From IMG/VR virus record IMGVR_UViG_3300045988_024784, positions 1-43,121 of that record: 43,121 nt of DNA, one strand, 5' to 3'. The notes under the pieces were generated by a model that did not search any database, had not been told where the DNA came from, and saw nothing but the letters and a program-made list of their open reading frames with translations. Position numbers and translations under genes: made by a program. Of this stretch, positions 7,109 to 17,358 are shown piece by piece. The number at the start of each line of letters is the position of its first letter. The first letter of the stretch is position 1. Source of the stretch: a virus.

Positions 7109-8157
7109 AGGACACTCACCTCGCCCAGAATCGCTAAATCATCAACAGCTAATTCAATCGATTTAGTAGCGCCATTAATCGTTAAATTTGTATAATCAGT
7201 CGCTCCGGCATCTAATACAAGGCTACCGATTTTAGAATACGCAACTTTTAATAAAGATGAGTTCTTGATGTTTTGTCGTTCAATGTCGATCAGGTACGCT
7301 TTAACCAATTCGGTAAATACCGATTGATTAAAATTACCTTCCGGTCTAACTGCGATATTGATTGTCTTAGGTGTAACAGTTGTTACCGTTACCACCGCAC
7401 CCATAGGGCGAACAGTTTCAATATAATTAGTTACCTTGTTAATGATTTCTTGTGAAGCTGGACTAAACTCACTATTCACAATAATTACCTTAACTGTACC
7501 AGCACCGTTCCATACTGGAAGCACTTTAGCACCACCAACACCACCAACAGACATCGCCCACTCATAATAGTGAGTTGCGTTTCCGCTAGTTCCAGGAGTT
7601 CGAACATGATTTAAGTAACGAGTTCTTAATTCCTCGTCGTTTTCTGCGTTAAAGCCATCACCTATAGGTTCTGCATTATTAACGCTTAAAATACCAGGAA
7701 TAGACATTGGAATAACTGTTACCGATTGTGCCGTAACATTACCACCAACACCACCTTCAAGCGCTTGCACTTTAACATTTGTTGAGTTATTAACTTGTAC
7801 TGTTTCGAGTGTTTCAAATAAAACACCGGTTTGAGTAGCGAATTGACTGCCCTTTGGTAGCGTTCCGTTACCTTTAACTGTAACGTAACCGGTCGCCTTA
7901 GTAGCCTCTTTTCTGATTACACCACTTTCGGCAGCTCGCATGGTTAAGAAATCGCCGTAAGCTGTATCACCAAACGCTACTTTGTACAATTCGCCTAATT
8001 CAACATATGTTTTCATAAACTCAATAGCGTTAGATGAAAACACATCGTATTCAAACGTACCTTCAAATTTACTATAGGGCGATGTACATTGATCTTGTAA
8101 ATCTTTTAGTATTTCATCGCTAGTCGGAATGTTAAACATTAATATTAAGCCCTCCAT
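7105..8157 (-). CDS. Baseplate J-like protein (XkdT-like)
   Basis: Assigned by size, synteny between the gp25-like and DUF2313-like genes, and overall resemblance to baseplate J family proteins. Confidence 0.8.
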   Translation of the reverse strand: MEGLILMFNIPTSDEILKDLQDQCTSPYSKFEGTFEYDVFSSNAIEFMKTYVELGELYKVAFGDTAYGDFLTMRAAESGVIRKEATKATGYVTVKGNGTLPKGSQFATQTGVLFETLETVQVNNSTNVKVQALEGGVGGNVTAQSVTVIPMSIPGILSVNNAEPIGDGFNAENDEELRTRYLNHVRTPGTSGNATHYYEWAMSVGGVGGAKVLPVWNGAGTVKVIIVNSEFSPASQEIINKVTNYIETVRPMGAVVTVTTVTPKTINIAVRPEGNFNQSVFTELVKAYLIDIERQNIKNSSLLKVAYSKIGSLVLDAGATDYTNLTINGATKSIELAVDDLAILGEVSVL

Positions 8158-8560
8158 ATACTGTGGTTAATTCAACGGAACATTCTACCTTATCGCCGTT
8201 TTCATCGAACGTAATACTATCAATAGACTTGATATAAGGGTTAACCATAAGACATTCAACGATAACTCGTCTAAGTTCACTGTATCGTTCATTAACACTC
8301 ATAACCTTTCCTATAAAAGGCTTTAACTGAATTCCATAACGAGTAGAATATGCCAAATATTGATTGCGTTCCGTCATTAAGGCTTTATATACCCAAACTT
8401 TTAAGGCATCATCACCAGTTACTTTTATTCGATTACCATTAGCGGTGAATTTAAATGAGTTATTATCAAAGTCCCAATCGTATTCAACGAATAATGGTAG
8501 CTCCTCGCTCTGATAAGCATTAATATTTGTTGAACCGGCGAATGGATATTCTGCACTCAT
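8132..8560 (-). CDS. Baseplate wedge protein (XkdS-like, DUF2634-type)
   Basis: Synteny matches the PBSX-like order XkdQ-R-S-T-U, and the ORF overlaps both neighbours. Confidence 0.65.
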   Translation of the reverse strand: MSAEYPFAGSTNINAYQSEELPLFVEYDWDFDNNSFKFTANGNRIKVTGDDALKVWVYKALMTERNQYLAYSTRYGIQLKPFIGKVMSVNERYSELRRVIVECLMVNPYIKSIDSITFDENGDKVECSVELTTVYGGLNINV

Positions 8561-8979
8561 AATTTCACCACCTTTTGGTCTACATAATACAACTGCTCAC
8601 CTTGTGCATATACTGGGAATACTGTTACCTCATCACCTACTCGTAACGTATCAGTCATGATAATCGTATCGGTATAATCGTTATGAATTTCATGTGTATG
8701 ACTTTCGAATAAGGCCATACCGCCACCACCAGAGCGAGGTTGCGTTTCACTTATAATGTGCCCTTTTGCTTCCCTATAGTGGTCCGGCTTCCAGTAGTCA
8801 TTAAGATATATCTGTTCATTTGTAATGTCGATATTATCTACACGAATAACAAGGTTAGGGAATGGTGATGTAACAAGTCCAATTCGCATGCCCATTGGCT
8901 GTTCATCTTTGGCTATACCATGAATAGTATTAACCATTTTAGCCATAGAATGTGCAGCACTCGGAATATCTTTAGGCAT
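8557..8979 (-). CDS. Baseplate spike/plug protein (XkdR-like, DUF2577-type)
   Basis: Assigned by synteny and size, with translational coupling on both sides. Confidence 0.6.
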   Translation of the reverse strand: MPKDIPSAAHSMAKMVNTIHGIAKDEQPMGMRIGLVTSPFPNLVIRVDNIDITNEQIYLNDYWKPDHYREAKGHIISETQPRSGGGGMALFESHTHEIHNDYTDTIIMTDTLRVGDEVTVFPVYAQGEQLYYVDQKVVKL

Positions 8980-10111
8980 AATGTATTTCTACCTTTCTTT
9001 TGGTTGACTTTCTAGTAGACCTTCGACCTTTACCCTTAGGAGTTTTGTTTTTCTTTTTAGCTTCACGTTCTAAGCGTTTCTTTTCCTTCGCTTCTAAGGA
9101 ATGATCTACCTTTTCTTTCGTCATTAAGTTTTCAAACTCAATTTCGAGCTTCATAGTATGCTGTCCGTTTTCGAATTTATGAGTATCGCTCTTTATCCAA
9201 AACTGACCGCTTAACTGTGTAATCACATCTTTAATTTCAACTGAATACGAGGACAAGGCATCATAATCGCCTAAGCAGTCAATAACACCGGTGCGTTCAG
9301 GGCCTTTGAATATGTCCTTAACTTCCTCTTGCGTGTTTTTGTTTTTGCTTTCCTTGTATACAGCTTGTATCATAGAATATTTTTGGATTTGGTCGTCCTT
9401 GCTTTCATATCGAATTAAGTTACCCTTATCATCAACAATCATGACTTTATTAATCATGTTTTCGATGCTTTCCTTATAGGATGAGTCTGTAATATTACGA
9501 TATTGGTCGATTACAAGTCCTTCGATAACTGACCCTTTTTCTATGACGTCGAGTTCATCGCCCTCCATCATAGCTTGATATTTTTTGTTGGTCTTTTTGG
9601 CTGCTTCCGTATAAGCCATAAGTATGATTTGATATCCTGACTTGTTATTAGCGATAAAAGTTATTTTTTCACCGGTTTCAGCGAGCTTACCTACCTTAAT
9701 ACCCATTTCTTTGCAGACTGCTTTAGTTATATCTTCAGCCGTCATGTTGGTAAACTTCCGGGTAGTTTTTGATTTACTGAGAATAAACATATTGTCATAA
9801 CACGTTACCGTAATGGTTGATGCGGAGGTTTTACGTTCGGTGCAATAGATATTACCAACAAACTGCAGTTCGTTATCTTCAGAGTACGCTTTTACAGTTT
9901 CTCCAATACCAAGTGCATATACAGGCCAGTTAGGGTCGCGAGGCTCTTGCGTATACACAAATTCAAGTTTTCTTGCTGCCTGAATACGAGAACCGCTCCA
10001 TGTCGAATTATTAACCAAGTGTGATATATCGTTTTCAACTGGAACTTGCTTATCTTTGCCAGTTTTTTCATCTTTAACTGTTTTAGTTCCTATGTGTTTA
10101 ATAATCATCAC
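8972..10111 (-). CDS. Baseplate hub protein (XkdQ / late control D-like)
   Basis: It is the second gene after the tape measure, about 380 aa, with a basic C-terminal tail. Confidence 0.65.
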   Translation of the reverse strand: MMIIKHIGTKTVKDEKTGKDKQVPVENDISHLVNNSTWSGSRIQAARKLEFVYTQEPRDPNWPVYALGIGETVKAYSEDNELQFVGNIYCTERKTSASTITVTCYDNMFILSKSKTTRKFTNMTAEDITKAVCKEMGIKVGKLAETGEKITFIANNKSGYQIILMAYTEAAKKTNKKYQAMMEGDELDVIEKGSVIEGLVIDQYRNITDSSYKESIENMINKVMIVDDKGNLIRYESKDDQIQKYSMIQAVYKESKNKNTQEEVKDIFKGPERTGVIDCLGDYDALSSYSVEIKDVITQLSGQFWIKSDTHKFENGQHTMKLEIEFENLMTKEKVDHSLEAKEKKRLEREAKKKNKTPKGKGRRSTRKSTKRKVEIHYA

Positions 10112-10818
10112 TTAACCTTCAACTTTCTTAACTGACTTAAATTATTAATCGCTAAATTCTTTAAGTCGTTAGATTGAATAATACGTTCATAGTGCTTATA
10201 GTTGCCGTATGCCTTTTTGGCAGCATCTAAAATATCTGCACCCTTATTATGTAGCGTTGCGGTGCTGGGCTTATTGTTGATTGTAGGTCTATCTTTTAGC
10301 CCTGTTACATCATCAACAGCCTTTGCATCGTCCGCTGTCATGGATGTATTTAAGTCTTTGTACGCTTTAAGGCTAAGCGTGTAATATAAATCGCCGGTGT
10401 TTTCTTGCTTCTTCCAGGGGAATGCCATAATAGCCATCATTAAATTAATAGGGCCATCGCTAACAATGACCCTCACCGGTTTCTTTGACTCTTTCCACTT
10501 GTTAATTAAAGCAACAATTTCAGCCGGTTTACGTTTATCACCTACAATGAATGGATAGTCCTTAGCTGGAAGAAAACTTTCAAAAGACAAGGTAATTAGT
10601 TTAGGGTTGCCAAATAATAACGCTTCACCTATTTGAGTGATGTTAACGCTTTTATTGTCCTGTTCATTACCTACTTCATACTTTGTTGGAGTTACTGGCA
10701 AGACTAATCGTTCATCGCCTTGTGAGAGTATCACTGTAGGATAGTTATTTCCGCTCTTACCTAATATCACAGATAAAAGCGATAACGCCCTACCGATACC
10801 GCTGATTAATTTTGCCAT
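10108..10818 (-). CDS. Tail protein immediately distal to the tape measure (XkdP-like position)
   Basis: Assigned by synteny only. Its start overlaps the tape measure stop. Confidence 0.55.
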   Translation of the reverse strand: MAKLISGIGRALSLLSVILGKSGNNYPTVILSQGDERLVLPVTPTKYEVGNEQDNKSVNITQIGEALLFGNPKLITLSFESFLPAKDYPFIVGDKRKPAEIVALINKWKESKKPVRVIVSDGPINLMMAIMAFPWKKQENTGDLYYTLSLKAYKDLNTSMTADDAKAVDDVTGLKDRPTINNKPSTATLHNKGADILDAAKKAYGNYKHYERIIQSNDLKNLAINNLSQLRKLKVK

Positions 10819-13568
10819 TATACACCTCCATAGTTAACTTCTGCACTTTCAAGCATAGAGAATAACGAATGCGCTATGCGGTCAATATCGGCTTCTTCAC
10901 GAACGACGAATGTATTTCCACTGATAGAGTATTGGTTAACAGAGTTATTACCGCTTAAACTATCCGCAATCATTTTTTCAGTCGTTGCATGTGGATAAAT
11001 GCGACTACCATTCGGCAAGTCTACAATTTCACCGCCACGTTCATTAATCTCAGTCCAACCACCGCCGAAGTGATTTGTACCAGTTGCATGTCCGTTTACT
11101 TTAAGTCCTGTTACTTGCGAGCCTCGTGCTTGTACTGCACTTAAAGCACTACCAATAGCACTAAATACACCGCTTGCTGCACTCTTAATCGGCCCCCATA
11201 CATTTTCATTAAACCAGTTTGCAGCAGACGACCAAACCCCTTTAATAGTTTCCCATGCTTCACTAAAGAACCCCTTAATGGCTTCCCACATGCTACTCGC
11301 AGCACTAGAAATAGGTTCCCATACATTACCAATAAACCAATCAACAGCCGGACCAAAGATAGCAACGATGCCGTCCCAAGCAAAGCCAAATATTCCGGCT
11401 ATAGTATTAATCACCGGAGCACATGTCGATACAATGTCATTCCACTTTTGGCTGAACCATTCAGTCAAGCCTTCAAGGTTACTTGTAATACCGTCATAAA
11501 TCTGTTGTGCTACTTCTTCACCGAATATAGCGCCACCGATACCACCTACAAGACCACCAATAGCACCGCCAACGGCAGTTCCTACGCCAGGAGCAATAGA
11601 ACCTAAGGCAGCACCGCCCATAGCACCGAGTTTAGCGCCAGCTAAGCCACCGGCAAGGCTACCGCCCAAACCAACACCAGCACGAGCTTTATCATCGCTT
11701 GTCGCAATATCATAAGCCCCCATAGCTAATGCCAACGGAACAGCAATTTTACCACCAACTTTTGTTAAGCCGTTACCTAATTTACTTGCACCGCTTTTTA
11801 ACTTACCAAAACGGCCACCGCTTTTAGGTTTAACGCCTTTGCCACCGCCTTCGACTATAGGACCACCTTGCCCCATTCCAGTCATATTGCTTGCATTTAC
11901 AGTTACATTTAAGGCTTGAACGGTCATATCACCTACTGTGCTATCTGCACCAGTACCAGTTCCACCACCGCCTTTTAAACCTTTAAATAAACCATACGCA
12001 CCCTTACCGATTTTAAATGCGCCAATACCACCAACTGCTAATGCTGCTGCTGATAGAATAGAGGGTAGACCTTCCATTTTAAGCGTTTGGCCTACTAACT
12101 CTTTGATAGCGGAAGTTATTCCGTCAAGTACGCTTCGAATGGTAATACCGTTAGTTTCAAAGTTTTCAGTTAAGCCTACGAACCAGTTGTCGATACCTTG
12201 TACAATATCTCTAAAACCGCCAATGCTACCGCCCATTAATTTTGTAGTGAACGAATCCCAATCACCGGATAATTGTTCTAGATCACCTTTTAGATTGTCC
12301 ATGCGAATTTTCGCCATTCGTTCGGCTGCACCGCTAGAATTGTCGATTGCACCTGCTAACTTATCAAAGTCTTCATAAGGCGAATTAACCAATGCGAGCA
12401 AGCCTGACATAGCTTCTTGACCGGCAAGCATACCAGCGACGGCCGCTTTACTATCCGGAGATAGTTTTTTCATGCCTTCGCGAATATCAGCGATAATATC
12501 CCTAAATGGTTTCATCTTGCCATTCGCATCTAAGATATTTAAGCCTAAAATGTCCATAGCTTCGCCGGACTCTTTGGTCGGTTTGACTAAACGAGTCATC
12601 ATCGCTCTTAATGCAGTACCAGCTTCTGAACCCTTGATGCCCTGGTTAGCCATAAGACCTACAGCAAGTGCAGTATCTTGTACGCTAAACCCTAATGCAC
12701 CGGCTACTGGTGCAGCATATTTGAACGTTTGACCCATTAAAGCGACGTTGGTATTTGAGTTAGTGGCTGCTGCCGCTAACACATCGGCGAACATAGCAGA
12801 GTCTTTAGCTTGTAAACCGAATGCAGATAAGCTGTCAGTTACAATATCGGAAGTCATAGCCAAGTCTTCGCCTGATGCGGCTGCCAAGTTCATGATACCA
12901 GCGATACCGCCTATCATTTCATTGGTTTTCCAACCAGCCATGCCCATATATTTGAATGCTTGCGCAGATTCTAAGGCACTGAATTTAGTATCCGCACCCA
13001 TTTGAATTGCTTTTTCATTCAACTTTTGGAACTCGTCCGCCGTAGCACCTGAAATCGCTTTAACTGCTGACATTTCTTCTTCAAAGTCCGCATAGCCTTT
13101 TACGGCATCAAATACACCAAACCCGATGCCAGCCATGCCGGCCATTTGCATTGTAGTTCCAAGCATAGCACCACTAAGTTTATTACCAGCACTAGACATA
13201 GCACCGGCCATATTTTGCTTAACGTTAACTGTAGCTGTGTATACTTTGCCTTTAAAGGTATTGAGTTCACTTTTAATCTTTTGGACTTTAGAAGTAGCAT
13301 CATCTTTTGCGTCGATCTTAACTTTGATATTACTACCGGTACGCTTTAGCTTGGATAGTTCACTCTCAGCAGCCTTTGTGGCTTTCGCTATACCTTGTAC
13401 CGCACTAGTAGCTGCACTCATACTCTTTTCTGCAGAAGATACCGCAGGTGCGAGTGCTGTTGTCGATTGCGCAAGCTTTTGCGTCGATTGTTGGGCGCTT
13501 TGTATTCCTTTTGAGAACCCTTTGTCGTCAAGGTAGAGTTCAACGCCTAGCCTTTCTTTATTAGCCAC
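10818..13568 (-). CDS. Tape measure protein (GTG start)
   Basis: It is 916 aa, with a helical N-terminal part, a Gly/Ala-rich hydrophobic segment and Trp-containing tandem repeats (W..I......W). AAAGGAGGTG lies upstream of the GTG. Confidence 0.9.
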   Translation of the reverse strand: MANKERLGVELYLDDKGFSKGIQSAQQSTQKLAQSTTALAPAVSSAEKSMSAATSAVQGIAKATKAAESELSKLKRTGSNIKVKIDAKDDATSKVQKIKSELNTFKGKVYTATVNVKQNMAGAMSSAGNKLSGAMLGTTMQMAGMAGIGFGVFDAVKGYADFEEEMSAVKAISGATADEFQKLNEKAIQMGADTKFSALESAQAFKYMGMAGWKTNEMIGGIAGIMNLAAASGEDLAMTSDIVTDSLSAFGLQAKDSAMFADVLAAAATNSNTNVALMGQTFKYAAPVAGALGFSVQDTALAVGLMANQGIKGSEAGTALRAMMTRLVKPTKESGEAMDILGLNILDANGKMKPFRDIIADIREGMKKLSPDSKAAVAGMLAGQEAMSGLLALVNSPYEDFDKLAGAIDNSSGAAERMAKIRMDNLKGDLEQLSGDWDSFTTKLMGGSIGGFRDIVQGIDNWFVGLTENFETNGITIRSVLDGITSAIKELVGQTLKMEGLPSILSAAALAVGGIGAFKIGKGAYGLFKGLKGGGGTGTGADSTVGDMTVQALNVTVNASNMTGMGQGGPIVEGGGKGVKPKSGGRFGKLKSGASKLGNGLTKVGGKIAVPLALAMGAYDIATSDDKARAGVGLGGSLAGGLAGAKLGAMGGAALGSIAPGVGTAVGGAIGGLVGGIGGAIFGEEVAQQIYDGITSNLEGLTEWFSQKWNDIVSTCAPVINTIAGIFGFAWDGIVAIFGPAVDWFIGNVWEPISSAASSMWEAIKGFFSEAWETIKGVWSSAANWFNENVWGPIKSAASGVFSAIGSALSAVQARGSQVTGLKVNGHATGTNHFGGGWTEINERGGEIVDLPNGSRIYPHATTEKMIADSLSGNNSVNQYSISGNTFVVREEADIDRIAHSLFSMLESAEVNYGGV

Positions 13569-14102
13569 CGAGCACCTCCTTTATTGCTAATTTAGCGACC
13601 TCCACACGTTCTTTCCTTTCCTTCTCCATAGCTATATTACACATAACCTTCTCGGTCATGCTGAGACTAAAGAAGTAGTCAAACGTATGGCCCTTTAAAA
13701 CTAAGTAGGCGGCCGTAGCCGCCTCCCAGTCTTCTTCTATTACTTTTTTACTTCATCGAAAATAGCGTGATCCAATTTTTTGCCCACGCCTACAGACTCA
13801 ATCAAAACTGTGCTAATAGCTTTAATTTCGCCGAATTCGAATAACTTACCTACAATGTCCATAGGTTCGGCGCAATCGTATGCTTTTTGCAAGTCCTTGT
13901 CTTTCAAGTTAGGTTCAACGATACAGTTATAAACGATATATTCATCGTTATCGCCGTCTAAACCCAATGCTTCTGTCATAAGTAAAGTCGTAGGCTTCTT
14001 AGCCACGACTTCACCCAAGGATGTTTCGATTGTTAGTTTTTGACTTTTACGAGCCTTAATTTCTTCACGTTTAGCAATTAATTCGTTAATAGATACAGAC
14101 AT
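13561..14102 (-). CDS. Tail assembly chaperone, -1 frameshifted long form
   Basis: The slippery heptamer A AAA AAG lies at 13743-13749. The -1 frame is open for 61 further codons (VIEEDWEAATAAYLVLKGHTFDYFF...KEVLGG*) and ends at 13561, overlapping the tape measure start. Confidence 0.7.
13740..14102 (-). CDS. Tail assembly chaperone, short form (XkdN-like)
   Basis: It sits between the tube and the tape measure and is acidic. The ORF ends in GTA AAA AAG TAA. Confidence 0.8.
   Translation of the reverse strand: MSVSINELIAKREEIKARKSQKLTIETSLGEVVAKKPTTLLMTEALGLDGDNDEYIVYNCIVEPNLKDKDLQKAYDCAEPMDIVGKLFEFGEIKAISTVLIESVGVGKKLDHAIFDEVKK
13743..13749 (-). promoter_or_regulatory. Programmed -1 ribosomal frameshift site A_AAA_AAG
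   Basis: This is a classical X XXY YYZ heptamer in the zero frame, two codons before the stop of the chaperone ORF. Confidence 0.7.
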
Positions 14103-14119
14103 TGTTATGTTCCTTTCAA

Positions 14120-14575
14120 TTAATCAATAGATTCAATATATTGAAGATCTTCTGGTGTAAAGCCGAATGGAATATCCGTTTCAACAACTTTACCTTTTTC
14201 AAAGTGTAAAGGAGTTAATTTATTGAACCATACATTATCAATAGAGATACGTTCCTTTTGGCCGTCCACTGCGTCAGGGTCGTCCAATAAGCCTGTAATC
14301 ACGGAACGAGGGTCATGACCGGCGCTCCATGCTTCATGCAACTTACGGAAGTTTCGATTGATAACGTTTTTAATTTTGGCAGTGCCTTCACCTTTAAGGG
14401 AGGTAATTTTACTATCGACGGAATTGCCGATGATAACGTCTTCACGTTGTGCTTCGATTGTACATTCGAAACTTTCAATTTCGAATACCAACTCACCGTC
14501 AAACCATACTTTGCCGTGAGAGCCGTTCCAACGACGGCGACCACGATATTTTACATCTTCGCTTGCTCTTGCCAT
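14120..14575 (-). CDS. Tail tube protein (XkdM-like)
   Basis: About 150 aa, directly after the sheath gene. Confidence 0.8.
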   Translation of the reverse strand: MARASEDVKYRGRRRWNGSHGKVWFDGELVFEIESFECTIEAQREDVIIGNSVDSKITSLKGEGTAKIKNVINRNFRKLHEAWSAGHDPRSVITGLLDDPDAVDGQKERISIDNVWFNKLTPLHFEKGKVVETDIPFGFTPEDLQYIESID

Positions 14576-14591
14576 TTATATTTTCCTCCTA

Positions 14592-15722
14592 TTACATTGT
14601 GAAACTAATTTTAAGGTCTTCCATAGCATCAACGAATTTAACTGTACCAGCTAAACCAACTTCGGAACCTGTGTTATATTCGCGAATGTCCATAACAGAC
14701 ATTTTAGAAATATCTTCGCCTTTGATGATGGCGTAGTTCTTTTGAAATTGTTCGTCAATATCTACATTGTTTTTAGCTCGAGCGTCAAGCACGTTACCGG
14801 CTAATTGATTGAAGTAAACCATGATTGCTGCTACAAATAGCATTTTATGGTCGTAGTCATTGATATATTTACCAACATAGAATTTTTTGAAGGTATCGCG
14901 AATGTCGTCTGTTACCATGTCAACACCTTCAATAATTTTGATTTTACGGAATTCTTGACCTTTGTCAGTTGTGAACGTTTGCAAGGAGTTGCAAGCACGA
15001 GCAATTTTAACACCTTCGCCGTCTTCTTCATCGAACAAGTGGAGTTCGCCTTTGTCGATACGGTCTGTTAAGTCCTCGTATACTTTAACGCTTTCAACTT
15101 CGGTTAATTTGTAATAAGTAGCGGAGCGGTCTAATGGTAAACCAGCCAAGATACCAGCAATACGAGCAGTATATTCGATTGGAGTATACGTTTTGTATGT
15201 AGTTCGACCTTGAGAGTCTTGACCGTTAGGCACTTTAATTTCTTCTGTGCAGAAGTTGATAACGCCGTCATGGTCTGCTGCCACGCTACCTACTACAGCT
15301 TTAACAGTTTTACGACCATTGTTGCGTTCCGCTTTAATGTAGGACGCCAAGTCTTGTTGATCCTGAACTGTACCAGTAGGAGCGGCAATATAATTAAAGC
15401 GAGTATGCTTTAATTGTTTTAACAAAGTCGCTTGCGTGTTTTTTGCACCTTGTACAGTTGTTTTAGGTAATGTGTATACCAATACACGCAAAGGTGTTCC
15501 ATCTAAGCACTTTTTAATTAAATCAGTTGTAGCCTCATCGAATGTTCTGTCAGGAATTTCGCTAATGTCAGAGATTTTGTACTTATTAGATACATCAGTT
15601 GTTTCGCATTTTAAAATCAATGCTACAACGCCACGAGCGGAACGCTTGATAGCAGTTACGCCCTTTGTTTTAAAGTCGATTAGGACCTGTGGTAAACCGA
15701 ATTTTTCTTGTTCGTTTGGCAT
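14592..15722 (-). CDS. Contractile tail sheath protein (XkdK-like)
   Basis: 376 aa and upstream of the tube gene, with overall similarity to PBSX-type sheath proteins. Confidence 0.85.
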   Translation of the reverse strand: MPNEQEKFGLPQVLIDFKTKGVTAIKRSARGVVALILKCETTDVSNKYKISDISEIPDRTFDEATTDLIKKCLDGTPLRVLVYTLPKTTVQGAKNTQATLLKQLKHTRFNYIAAPTGTVQDQQDLASYIKAERNNGRKTVKAVVGSVAADHDGVINFCTEEIKVPNGQDSQGRTTYKTYTPIEYTARIAGILAGLPLDRSATYYKLTEVESVKVYEDLTDRIDKGELHLFDEEDGEGVKIARACNSLQTFTTDKGQEFRKIKIIEGVDMVTDDIRDTFKKFYVGKYINDYDHKMLFVAAIMVYFNQLAGNVLDARAKNNVDIDEQFQKNYAIIKGEDISKMSVMDIREYNTGSEVGLAGTVKFVDAMEDLKISFTM

Positions 15723-15726
15723 TTAA

Positions 15727-16194
15727 TTATTCCTCCTCGGTTAAATTAGAGCCGTTAAGGCTAAATGAAAGAGTATTAATGACTTCACCACGAACAAAGC
15801 CAACTTCCTCGTCGGTGAAAGCGTCGTTAAACTCTAGATTGAAGATAAAGTGCAATACTTCATCTATAAAGGTATGTTCAAAATCATTGATTGTGATATA
15901 CCTGTCCTCGACCTGTAGAACAGGCCGTAATAAGCATTCCAAACTATCGGACATTTCGTATAGCTCAGAACGCTTAACCCGTCCGTTCTTATCTTCCATA
16001 GTCCTGAACGAGATATCTACCTGCACAGTTCGATCGAAGTACGTATAGTCACCTACACCTGTATGAACAAACATTTCGACATAAAAATAAGGTACACTCG
16101 ACTTCTCAACGTTGTCGAAATATACCTTATATGTCGGATATTTACTTTTCAAGAGCTCTACTAGAGCCTTTTGAATGGATCTTAATTTAATCAT
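15727..16194 (-). CDS. Tail terminator/completion protein candidate (XkdJ-like position)
   Basis: Assigned by synteny between the head-tail joining genes and the sheath. Confidence 0.55.
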   Translation of the reverse strand: MIKLRSIQKALVELLKSKYPTYKVYFDNVEKSSVPYFYVEMFVHTGVGDYTYFDRTVQVDISFRTMEDKNGRVKRSELYEMSDSLECLLRPVLQVEDRYITINDFEHTFIDEVLHFIFNLEFNDAFTDEEVGFVRGEVINTLSFSLNGSNLTEEE

Positions 16195-16570
16195 CGATTA
16201 AGTTCCTCAAAATTGTACGCGTATCTTTCAAAAATACGCTTCTACGATGAACAATAGAACGATGCAGCATTTTACTACCTTTCACAAAACCACCTTTTGC
16301 CGTCCTGTGGCCGTATTCTACATGATTTGCATAGTCTGTATTGTTATAGACCTCTACAGAACTATTAGCGACCTCGGAACGCGTCCAGGCATTCCGGAGT
16401 GCGCCGGTATCAACCGGTGTTTTCGCTTTAGTATCAGCAATCAATAATTCTGCTTGCTGTACTAGCAATGTATCTGCGTGCTCAGGATACTGTGATAAAA
16501 TCCTCTTCCATTTTGTATTTAACTGCATGAAGCCGTTAATCTTAACGCCCATATCAAGCCTCACTATCAC
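16187..16570 (-). CDS. HK97 gp10-like head-tail joining protein
   Basis: Motifs TPVDTGALRNAW and NHVEYG are typical of this family. Confidence 0.75.
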   Translation of the reverse strand: MIVRLDMGVKINGFMQLNTKWKRILSQYPEHADTLLVQQAELLIADTKAKTPVDTGALRNAWTRSEVANSSVEVYNNTDYANHVEYGHRTAKGGFVKGSKMLHRSIVHRRSVFLKDTRTILRNLIDD

Positions 16571-16916
16571 GAATTAACGTGATTTCTTGGTGTGACATAT
16601 ACTTAAACGGTGTATCTGCCCGCATAGTAAATATTTGCCCCTGATGATCAACTTTGATTATGTCGTTCGCCATAACATCACAATCTACAGGTAAGGATAA
16701 TCTTAATTTATCCTTTAACGTAAACACGCTATCAGTTTCTACGCCATTCATACTAGTTTGGCTCGTTTGCCCAAGTTTACATGGGATATCGCTATAAACA
16801 GCAACCATTTCGAATACGTCTGCGCCTATATCATCGGTAGTGTCCATTTGTCGAAGGATAGTACATCTATCCTTGTACATAATACTAGCTAGTAGCTTTC
16901 CGTACTCGTTAGCCAT
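16554..16916 (-). CDS. Head closure / head-tail adaptor protein
   Basis: Assigned by size, synteny and resemblance to SPP1 gp16-type head closure proteins. Confidence 0.65.
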   Translation of the reverse strand: MANEYGKLLASIMYKDRCTILRQMDTTDDIGADVFEMVAVYSDIPCKLGQTSQTSMNGVETDSVFTLKDKLRLSLPVDCDVMANDIIKVDHQGQIFTMRADTPFKYMSHQEITLIRDSEA

Positions 16917-17307
16917 TAGACCACACTACTTTCCGATATAGATTTAACTTAGGCTTAATTGATTCAAAGTCTTGTTCGCTAATGCAGCCAATAGGTGACA
17001 CATCAGTAACAGCCCAGGTGAATTCAACATCGTTCTCTTTAAGGGATTTAAGCGGCCCATGAGAGTCGCTATGTTTATCTTTGATATACTTAACGGCCAA
17101 TTCGGCAGCAGTGTATATCAAAGTCCGAGGAAAGTTTGTCCTATGGCAGTAATCCATGCAATCTAGGACGAACTTCTCGGCGAACAAGGCTAGGAAATCC
17201 GTATAATTGTCGACATCTAATGCATCGGCCATCGTGATTAGCCTATTTGATGTATTGATTACGCCTTGTACTGCGTCATCGTAGTCTAGGTATTGCACAT
17301 TACCCAT
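16909..17307 (-). CDS. gp6-like head-tail connector protein
   Basis: It is the first gene after the internal terminator, has an AAAGGAGG RBS, and matches by synteny. Confidence 0.6.
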   Translation of the reverse strand: MGNVQYLDYDDAVQGVINTSNRLITMADALDVDNYTDFLALFAEKFVLDCMDYCHRTNFPRTLIYTAAELAVKYIKDKHSDSHGPLKSLKENDVEFTWAVTDVSPIGCISEQDFESIKPKLNLYRKVVWSNG

Positions 17308-17330
17308 AGCTCGCCTCCTTTTTACGTATT

Positions 17331-17358
17331 AAAAAAGCGCCCTTTAGCTGGGCGCTTT
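17331..17358 (-). terminator. Rho-independent terminator inside the morphogenesis operon
   Basis: Stem AAGCGCCC (17335-17342) pairs with GGGCGCTT (17350-17357). A T-run follows on the minus strand. The terminator overlaps the stop of 17357-17626. Confidence 0.7.

Noticed and set aside
10818-13568. Many 60-150-aa ORFs on both strands inside the tape measure gene (for example 11938-12378 and 13126-13536)
   Set aside because: They are fully embedded in a long, well-supported CDS with Gly/Ala-rich repeats, which keeps other frames open. They have no RBS or independent features. The same reasoning applies to embedded ORFs in the fibre, polymerase, primase, adhesin and portal genes.
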